The position numbers and the translations under genes are program-made. Below are positions 1-10,300 of a stretch of 32,000 nucleotides of DNA, one piece after another. Where the stretch lies: contig NZ_CP142525.1 of the NCBI RefSeq assembly GCF_051097895.1, positions 90,001-122,000 of the forward strand. The letters run 5' to 3'. Position 1 is the stretch's first letter. Each line of letters opens with the position of its first letter. The notes under the pieces were generated by a model. That model had not been told where the DNA came from, made no database searches, and worked only from the letters and a program-made list of their open reading frames with translations. This DNA is from Psychrobacter sp. HD31. Lineage in GTDB: Bacteria > Pseudomonadota > Gammaproteobacteria > Pseudomonadales > Moraxellaceae.

Positions 1-522
1 TTTACGCCAGAAGATGGTTTCACAGATGACCCAACTCCAGTTAAATACACAGTAGAAGATACAACTGGTAACAAGTCAAACCCTGCAGAGGTTACAGTTG
101 ATTATCCTCAGAACCCACCGGTAGCTGAAGATGATAAAGAGACAGGCAAAACTGGAGAGCCAGTTAAAGTTGACGTATTAGGCAATGACACAGACCCTGA
201 AGATGACATCGACCCTAAAACGGTTAAACTGATTGACCCAACTGGTAAAGAAGTTACTGAATTACCAGTAGACGGTGAAGGTACATGGACAGTTGACCCA
301 ACAACAGGCGAAGTAACCTTTACGCCAGAAGATGGTTTCACAGATGACCCAACTCCAGTTAAATACACAGTAGAAGATACAACTGGTAACAAGTCAAACC
401 CTGCAGAGGTTACAGTTGATTATCCTCAGAACCCACCGGTAGCTGAAGATGATAAAGAGACAGGCAAAACTGGAGAGCCAGTTAAAGTTGACGTATTAGG
501 CAATGACACAGACCCTGAATGA
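1..522 (+). CDS. Upstream fragment of the giant adhesin (partial, continues 5' of the window). Encodes 106-aa Ig-like/CshA-like repeats and ends at a premature TGA.
   Basis: Translating frame +1 from position 1 gives FTPEDGFTDDPTPVKYTVEDTTGNKSNPAEVTVDYPQNPPVAEDDKETGKTGEPVKVDVLGNDTDPEDDIDPKTVKL..., identical to the repeat in the 503..14914 ORF. Stop at 520-522. Confidence 0.7.
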   Translation, partial: FTPEDGFTDDPTPVKYTVEDTTGNKSNPAEVTVDYPQNPPVAEDDKETGKTGEPVKVDVLGNDTDPEDDIDPKTVKLIDPTGKEVTELPVDGEGTWTVDPTTGEVTFTPEDGFTDDPTPVKYTVEDTTGNKSNPAEVTVDYPQNPPVAEDDKETGKTGEPVKVDVLGNDTDPE

Positions 523-1370
523 CATCGACCCTAAAACGGTTAAACTGATTGACCCAACTGGTAAAGAAGTTACTGAATTACCAGTAGACGGTGAAGGTAC
601 ATGGACAGTTGACCCAACAACAGGCGAAGTAACCTTTACGCCAGAAGATGGTTTCACAGATGACCCAACTCCAGTTAAATACACAGTAGAAGATACAACT
701 GGTAACAAGTCAAACCCTGCAGAGGTTACAGTTGATTATCCTCAGAACCCACCGGTAGCTGAAGATGATAAAGAGACAGGCAAAACTGGAGAGCCAGTTA
801 AAGTTGACGTATTAGGCAATGACACAGACCCTGAAGATGACATCGACCCTAAAACGGTTAAACTGATTGACCCAACTGGCAAAGAAGTTACTGAATTACC
901 AGTAGACGGTGAAGGTACATGGACAGTTGACCCAACAACAGGCGAAGTAACCTTTACGCCAGAAGATGGTTTCACAGATGACCCAACTCCAGTTAAATAC
1001 ACAGTAGAAGATACAACTGGTAACAAGTCAAACCCTGCAGAGGTTACAGTTGATTATCCTCAGAACCCACCGGTAGCTGAAGATGATAAAGAGACAGGCA
1101 AAACTGGAGAGCCAGTTAAAGTTGACGTATTAGGCAATGACACAGACCCTGAAGATGACATCGACCCTAAAACGGTTAAACTGATTGACCCAACTGGCAA
1201 AGAAGTTACTGAATTACCAGTAGACGGTGAAGGTACATGGACAGTTGACCCAACAACAGGCGAAGTAACCTTTACGCCAGAAGATGGTTTCACAGATGAC
1301 CCAACTCCAGTTAAATACACAGTAGAAGATACAACTGGTAACAAGTCAAACCCTGCAGAGGTTACAGTGG
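1..1370 (+). repeat. Type-A coding tandem repeat: 318-bp period (106 aa), about 4.3 copies in the window, array continues upstream
   Basis: TTTACGCCAGAAGATGG recurs at 1, 319, 635, 953 and 1271. The spacing is 318 bp except 316 bp across the 2-nt deletion. Copies are near-identical, with one synonymous marker (ACTGGT in the first two copies, ACTGGC in the last two). Divergence starts near 1370 (GTGGACTATCCGCC). Confidence 0.95.
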
Positions 1371-4300
1371 ACTATCCGCCAAAAGTTAAAATTGTTGCGA
1401 AAGATGACGAAGCGGTTGAGGGTGTTGATAATGCACTTGAATTTACTGTTTCTCAAAATGAGGTAAACAATAAAGATACCATTGTTAAAGTTAAACCGAC
1501 AGGTAATAGTACCGTTGAGCCTGAAGACATTGTTTCAATTGTTTATACGGATGGGAATGGTAATGAGAAAACATTAAATACGCCAGAGCAAATTGAAGAT
1601 TTCTTTGAAAGTGGTGTAAATGTACAAATAGCCAAAGGTAAAACAGAAACGCCAATTAAAATAACGGTTAAAGATGACGAGTCATACGAGGTTAGTGAAG
1701 ACTTAGTGCTTGAAATTAGTGAGCCTAAGAATGCTAGCCTGAGCGATGAGATAGAAGCAACGGGTGTTATCAATGATGAAGATGACGGTAATCCTAAAAC
1801 ACCAACAGATACAAAAGATGGTGATAAGCCGAAATTAACAGTTGGAGATGCGGAAGCGGTAGAAGGTGATGATCTAGTCCATAAAGTCAAAGTTAATGGA
1901 GAAAGTGAAACAGACATTACTTATAAGTTTGAGCTTAAAGATGGTAGCGCAGAAGAAGGCAAGGACTATGATAATACACCAACCTTCTCAAATGGCGTCG
2001 AACTAAATGACGACGGAACCATTACTGTGCCAGCAGGAACGACAGAATTCACGGTTACTTACCCAACAACGGATGATACCGAGAAAGAAGATAAAGAAAC
2101 GACGACGCTAACCATTGGCAATAGTACAGGTACAGGTACAATTGTTGACAACGACAAGTTGACTATTAACCTTAAAGCAACAGATGATGTTGCAATTGAA
2201 GGTGGTGTAGATAGTGATGGTTCAGATAAAGATAGCAAATTGGTATTTGAAGTCAGCCAAACATTAAAAAGCTCTAAAGCGACAACAGCGATCATTAAAT
2301 TAGACTTAGGTGAAGCAGAAGTAGAAGATGTAGAAGCGATTGTCTATAAAGATGCGTTGGGTACTGAGACAACCTATACTGTTGCTGATTTGCAAGCAGG
2401 CGTTGAAGTTGAAATACCTGCAGGCTCAGATGCTAAGCCGACCTTTACGTTTACAGCCAAAGACGATGATATCTATGAAGTATCAGAAGAGCTAAAACTT
2501 ACCATGTCAGATGTAGAGAATGCTGAGTTAGGCACTTCAGAAGCAACGGGTGTTATCAATGATGAAGATGACGGCAATCCTAAAACACCAACAGATACAA
2601 AAGATGGTGATAAGCCAGTCGTTAATCTAGTTTCGACTGACGCAGTGGCAGTTGAAGGCGGTCAATCAGGTGATGCGTCTACTGACAACCAACTTGTTTA
2701 TACTGTTAAACAAGACGGTGAAAGTGAAAAGACTACGAAAGCGACAGTTAAACTTGATCTTAATGAAGTAGAAGCAGAAGACATCGAATCAATCACTTTA
2801 ACTAAAGCAGACGGCAGTACTCAAACAGTAACAGTTGATGAATTAAAAGTAGGCGTTGAAGTTGAGATACCAGCAGGTACCACAGCTGATAAGATGCCTA
2901 AGTTTACAATTATTGCCAAAGACGATGATATCTATGAAGTATCAGAAGAGCTAAAACTTACCATGTCAGATGTAGAGAATGCTACGTTAGGCACTTCAGA
3001 AGCAACGGGTGTTATCAATGATGAAGATGACGGTAATCCTAAAACACCAACAGATACAAAAGATGGTGATAAGCCGAAATTAACAGTTGGAGATGCGGAA
3101 GCGGTAGAAGGTGATGATCTAGTCCATAAAGTCAAAGTTAATGGAGAAAGTGAAACAGACATTACTTATAAGTTTGAGCTTAAAGATGGTAGCGCAGAAG
3201 AAGGCAAGGACTATGATAATACACCAACCTTCTCAAATGGCGTCGAACTAAATGACGACGGAACCATTACTGTGCCAGCAGGAACGACAGAATTCACGGT
3301 TACTTACCCAACAACGGATGATACCGAGAAAGAAGATAAAGAAACGACGACGCTAACCATTGGCAATAGTACAGGTACAGGTACAATTGTTGACAACGAC
3401 AAGTTGACTATTAACCTTAAAGCAACAGATGATGTTGCAATTGAAGGTGGTGTAGATAGTGATGGTTCAGATAAAGATAGCAAATTGGTATTTGAAGTCA
3501 GCCAAACATTAAAAAGCTCTAAAGCGACAACAGCGATCATTAAATTAGACTTAGGTGAAGCAGAAGTAGAAGATGTAGAAGCGATTGTCTATAAAGATGC
3601 GTTGGGTACTGAGACAACCTATACTGTTGCTGATTTGCAAGCAGGCGTTGAAGTTGAAATACCTGCAGGCTCAGATGCTAAGCCGACCTTTACGTTTACA
3701 GCCAAAGACGATGATATCTATGAAGTATCAGAAGAGCTAAAACTTACCATGTCAGATGTAGAGAATGCTGAGTTAGGCACTTCAGAAGCAACGGGTGTTA
3801 TCAATGATGAAGATGACGGCAATCCTAAAACACCAACAGATACAAAAGATGGTGATAAGCCAGTCGTTAATCTAGTTTCGACTGACGCAGTGGCAGTTGA
3901 AGGCGGTCAATCAGGTGATGCGTCTACTGACAACCAACTTGTTTATACTGTTAAACAAGACGGTGAAAGTGAAAAGACTACGAAAGCGACAGTTAAACTT
4001 GATCTTAATGAAGTAGAAGCAGAAGACATCGAATCAATCACTTTAACTAAAGCAGACGGCAGTACTCAAACAGTAACAGTTGATGAATTAAAAGTAGGCG
4101 TTGAAGTTGAGATACCAGCAGGTACCACAGCTGATAAGATGCCTAAGTTTACAATTATTGCCAAAGACGATGATATCTATGAAGTATCAGAAGAGCTAAA
4201 ACTTACCATGTCAGATGTAGAGAATGCTACGTTAGGCACTTCAGAAGCAACGGGTGTTATCAATGATGAAGATGACGGTAATCCTAAAACACCAACAGAT

Positions 4301-7300
4301 ACAAAAGATGGTGATAAGCCAGTCGTTAATCTAGTTTCGACTGACGCAGTGGCAGTTGAAGGCGGTCAATCAGGTGATGCGTCTACTGACAACCAACTTG
4401 TTTATACTGTTAAACAAGACGGTGAAAGTGAAAAGACTACGAAAGCGACAGTTAAACTTGATCTTAATGAAGTAGAAGCAGAAGACATCGAATCAATCAC
4501 TTTAACTAAAGCAGACGGCAGTACTCAAACAGTAACAGTTGATGAATTAAAAGTAGGCGTTGAAGTTGAGATACCAGCAGGTACCACAGCTGATAAGATG
4601 CCTAAGTTTACAATTATTGCCAAAGACGATGATATCTATGAAGTATCAGAAGAGCTAAAACTTACCATGTCAGATGTAGAGAATGCTACGTTAGGCACTT
4701 CAGAAGCAACGGGTGTTATCAATGATGAAGATGACGGTAATCCTAAAACACCAACAGATACAAAAGATGGTGATAAGCCAGTCGTTAATCTAGTTTCGAC
4801 TGACGCAGTGGCAGTTGAAGGCGGTCAATCAGGTGATGCGTCTACTGACAACCAACTTGTTTATACTGTTAAACAAGACGGTGAAAGTGAAAAGACTACG
4901 AAAGCGACAGTTAAACTTGATCTTAATGAAGTAGAAGCAGAAGACATCGAATCAATCACTTTAACTAAAGCAGACGGCAGTACTCAAACAGTAACAGTTG
5001 ATGAATTAAAAGTAGGCGTTGAAGTTGAGATACCAGCAGGTACCACAGCTGATAAGATGCCTAAGTTTACAATTATTGCCAAAGACGATGATATCTATGA
5101 AGTATCAGAAGAGCTAAAACTTACCATGTCAGATGTAGAGAATGCTACGTTAGGCACTTCAGAAGCAACGGGTGTTATCAATGATGAAGATGACGGTAAT
5201 CCTAAAACACCAACAGATACAAAAGATGGTGATAAGCCAGTCATCAACATTGCAGCAGTGGCAGCAGACGTTGAAGAGAATGCAGGCTATGCAACATTTA
5301 AGCTAACGAAAGTTGGTGAGAGTGAAGTTGACGGTAAAGTTAAAGTACAACTAAACAATGGCACAGGCGCAGACGGCACAGAAGATGACGACTTTAGCGG
5401 TCCATTACAGTACAAAGACACAGACGGTAACTGGCAGGATGTTCCAGCAGACGGTTTCATACCAGTTGGCAAAGACACCGCTGAGATTGAATTACGCGTT
5501 CCAGTTGAAGATGACGAGATTGAAGAGACTGAGAAATTCAACGTTACCATTGAAGAGACTGAGAAGTTAACCAAAGGCACAGACAAAGCGGACGGTAGCA
5601 TCACAGACGAAGATGAAGATGACGATGGCACCTCAGACGACCAACCAGTCATCAACATTGCAGCAGTGGCAGCAGACGTTGAAGAGAATGCAGGCTATGC
5701 AACATTTAAGCTAACGAAAGTTGGTGAGAGTGAAGTTGACGGTAAAGTTAAAGTACAACTAAACAATGGCACAGGCGCAGACGGCACAGAAGATGACGAC
5801 TTTAGCGGTCCATTACAGTACAAAGACACAGACGGTAACTGGCAGGATGTTCCAGCAGACGGTTTCATACCAGTTGGCAAAGACACCGCTGAGATTGAAT
5901 TACGCGTTCCAGTTGAAGATGACGAGATCTTTGAAGAGACTGAGAAATTCAACGTTACCATTGAAGAGACTGAGAAGTTAACCAAAGGCACAGACAAAGC
6001 GGACGGTAGCATCACAGACGAAGATGAAGATGACGATGGCACCTCAGACGACCAACCAGTCATCAACATTGCAGCAGTGGCAGCAGACGTTGAAGAGAAT
6101 GCAGGCTATGCAACATTTAAGCTAACGAAAGTTGGTGAGAGTGAAGTTGACGGTAAAGTTAAAGTACAACTAAACAATGGCACAGGCGCAGACGGCACAG
6201 AAGATGACGACTTTAGCGGTCCATTACAGTACAAAGACACAGACGGTAACTGGCAGGATGTTCCAGCAGACGGTTTCATACCAGTTGGCAAAGACACCGC
6301 TGAGATTGAATTACGCGTTCCAGTTGAAGATGACGAGATCTTTGAAGAGACTGAGAAATTCAACGTTACCATTGAAGAGACTGAGAAGTTAACCAAAGGC
6401 ACAGACAAAGCGGACGGTAGCATCACAGACGAAGATGAAGATGACGATGGCACCTCAGACGACCAACCAGTCATCAACATTGCAGCAGTGGCAGCAGACG
6501 TTGAAGAGAATGCATATGCAACATTTAAGCTAACGAAAGTTGGTGAGAGTGAAGTTGACGGTAAAGTTAAAGTACAACTAAACAATGGCACAGGCGCAGA
6601 CGGCACAGAAGATGACGACTTTAGCGGTCCATTACAGTACAAAGACACAGACGGTAACTGGCAGGATGTTCCAGCAGACGGTTTCATACCAGTTGGCAAA
6701 GACACCGCTGAGATTGAATTACGCGTTCCAGTTGAAGATGACGAGATCTTTGAAGAGACTGAGAAATTCAACGTTACCATTGAAGAGACTGAGAAGTTAA
6801 CCAAAGGCACAGACAAAGCGGACGGTAGCATCACAGACGAAGATGAAGATGACGATGGCACCTCAGACGACCAACCAGTCATCAACATTGCAGCAGTGGC
6901 AGCAGACGTTGAAGAGAATGCAGGCTATGCAACATTTAAGCTAACGAAAGTTGGTGAGAGTGAAGTTGACGGTAAAGTTAAAGTACAACTAAACAATGGC
7001 ACAGGCGCAGACGGCACAGAAGATGACGACTTTAGCGGTCCATTACAGTACAAAGACACAGACGGTAACTGGCAGGATGTTCCAGCAGACGGTTTCATAC
7101 CAGTTGGCAAAGACACCGCTGAGATTGAATTACGCGTTCCAGTTGAAGATGACGAGATCTTTGAAGAGACTGAGAAATTCAACGTTACCATTGAAGAGAC
7201 TGAGAAGTTAACCAAAGGCACAGACAAAGCGGACGGTAGCATCACAGACGAAGATGAAGATGACGATGGCACCTCAGACGACCAACCAGTCATCAACATT

Positions 7301-10300
7301 GCAGCAGTGGCAGCAGACGTTGAAGAGAATGCAGGCTATGCAACATTTAAGCTAACGAAAGTTGGTGAGAGTGAAGTTGACGGTAAAGTTAAAGTACAAC
7401 TAAACAATGGCACAGGCGCAGACGGCACAGAAGATGACGACTTTAGCGGTCCATTACAGTACAAAGACACAGACGGTAACTGGCAGGATGTTCCAGCAGA
7501 CGGTTTCATACCAGTTGGCAAAGACACCGCTGAGATTGAATTACGCGTTCCAGTTGAAGATGACGAGATCTTTGAAGAGACTGAGAAATTCAACGTTACC
7601 ATTGAAGAGACTGAGAAGTTAACCAAAGGCACAGACAAAGCGGACGGTAGCATCACAGACGAAGATGAAGATGACGATGGCACCTCAGACGACCAACCAG
7701 TCATCAACATTGCAGCAGTGGCAGCAGACGTTGAAGAGAATGCAGGCTATGCAACATTTAAGCTAACGAAAGTTGGTGAGAGTGAAGTTGACGGTAAAGT
7801 TAAAGTACAACTAAACAATGGCACAGGCGCAGACGGCACAGAAGATGACGACTTTAGCGGTCCATTACAGTACAAAGACACAGACGGTAACTGGCAGGAT
7901 GTTCCAGCAGACGGTTTCATACCAGTTGGCAAAGACACCGCTGAGATTGAATTACGCGTTCCAGTTGAAGATGACGAGATCTTTGAAGAGACTGAGAAAT
8001 TCAACGTTACCATTGAAGAGACTGAGAAGTTAACCAAAGGCACAGACAAAGCGGACGGTAGCATCACAGACGAAGATGAAGATGACGATGGCACCTCAGA
8101 CGACCAACCAGTCATCAACATTGCAGCAGTGGCAGCAGACGTTGAAGAGAATGCAGGCTATGCAACATTTAAGCTAACGAAAGTTGGTGAGAGTGAAGTT
8201 GACGGTAAAGTTAAAGTACAACTAAACAATGGCACAGGCGCAGACGGCACAGAAGATGACGACTTTAGCGGTCCATTACAGTACAAAGACACAGACGGTA
8301 ACTGGCAGGATGTTCCAGCAGACGGTTTCATACCAGTTGGCAAAGACACCGCTGAGATTGAATTACGCGTTCCAGTTGAAGATGACGAGATCTTTGAAGA
8401 GACTGAGAAATTCAACGTTACCATTGAAGAGACTGAGAAGTTAACCAAAGGCACAGACAAAGCGGACGGTAGCATCACAGACGAAGATGAAGATGACGAT
8501 GGCACCTCAGACGACCAACCAGTCATCAACATTGCAGCAGTGGCAGCAGACGTTGAAGAGAATGCAGGCTATGCAACATTTAAGCTAACGAAAGTTGGTG
8601 AGAGTGAAGTTGACGGTAAAGTTAAAGTACAACTAAACAATGGCACAGGCGCAGACGGCACAGAAGATGACGACTTTAGCGGTCCATTACAGTACAAAGA
8701 CACAGACGGTAACTGGCAGGATGTTCCAGCAGACGGTTTCATACCAGTTGGCAAAGACACCGCTGAGATTGAATTACGCGTTCCAGTTGAAGATGACGAG
8801 ATCTTTGAAGAGACTGAGAAATTCAACGTTACCATTGAAGAGACTGAGAAGTTAACCAAAGGCACAGACAAAGCGGACGGTAGCATCACAGACGAAGATG
8901 AAGATGACGATGGCACCTCAGACGACCAACCAGTCATCAACATTGCAGCAGTGGCAGCAGACGTTGAAGAGAATGCAGGCTATGCAACATTTAAGCTAAC
9001 GAAAGTTGGTGAGAGTGAAGTTGACGGTAAAGTTAAAGTACAACTAAACAATGGCACAGGCGCAGACGGCACAGAAGATGACGACTTTAGCGGTCCATTA
9101 CAGTACAAAGACACAGACGGTAACTGGCAGGATGTTCCAGCAGACGGTTTCATACCAGTTGGCAAAGACACCGCTGAGATTGAATTACGCGTTCCAGTTG
9201 AAGATGACGAGATCTTTGAAGAGACTGAGAAATTCAACGTTACCATTGAAGAGACTGAGAAGTTAACCAAAGGCACAGACAAAGCGGACGGTAGCATCAC
9301 AGACGAAGATGAAGATGACGATGGCACCTCAGACGACCAACCAGTCATCAACATTGCAGCAGTGGCAGCAGACGTTGAAGAGAATGCAGGCTATGCAACA
9401 TTTAAGCTAACGAAAGTTGGTGAGAGTGAAGTTGACGGTAAAGTTAAAGTACAACTAAACAATGGCACAGGCGCAGACGGCACAGAAGATGACGACTTTA
9501 GCGGTCCATTACAGTACAAAGACACAGACGGTAACTGGCAGGATGTTCCAGCAGACGGTTTCATACCAGTTGGCAAAGACACCGCTGAGATTGAATTACG
9601 CGTTCCAGTTGAAGATGACGAGATCTTTGAAGAGACTGAGAAATTCAACGTTACCATTGAAGAGACTGAGAAGTTAACCAAAGGCACAGACAAAGCGGAC
9701 GGTAGCATCACAGACGAAGATGAAGATGACGATGGCACCTCAGACGACCAACCAGTCATCAACATTGCAGCAGTGGCAGCAGACGTTGAAGAGAATGCAG
9801 GCTATGCAACATTTAAGCTAACGAAAGTTGGTGAGAGTGAAGTTGACGGTAAAGTTAAAGTACAACTAAACAATGGCACAGGCGCAGACGGCACAGAAGA
9901 TGACGACTTTAGCGGTCCATTACAGTACAAAGACACAGACGGTAACTGGCAGGATGTTCCAGCAGACGGTTTCATACCAGTTGGCAAAGACACCGCTGAG
10001 ATTGAATTACGCGTTCCAGTTGAAGATGACGAGATCTTTGAAGAGACTGAGAAATTCAACGTTACCATTGAAGAGACTGAGAAGTTAACCAAAGGCACAG
10101 ACAAAGCGGACGGTAGCATCACAGACGAAGATGAAGATGACGATGGCACCTCAGACGACCAACCAGTCATCAACATTGCAGCAGTGGCAGCAGACGTTGA
10201 AGAGAATGCAGGCTATGCAACATTTAAGCTAACGAAAGTTGGTGAGAGTGAAGTTGACGGTAAAGTTAAAGTACAACTAAACAATGGCACAGGCGCAGAC

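Noticed and set aside
503-505. ATG at 503 as the genuine start codon of a 4803-aa protein
   Set aside because: It lies inside a repeat unit and has no Shine-Dalgarno upstream (GACGTATTAGGCA). The first six codons (MTQTLN) are out-of-frame repeat sequence before the homologous frame resumes at 521. The same repeat is open in frame +1 right back to position 1.
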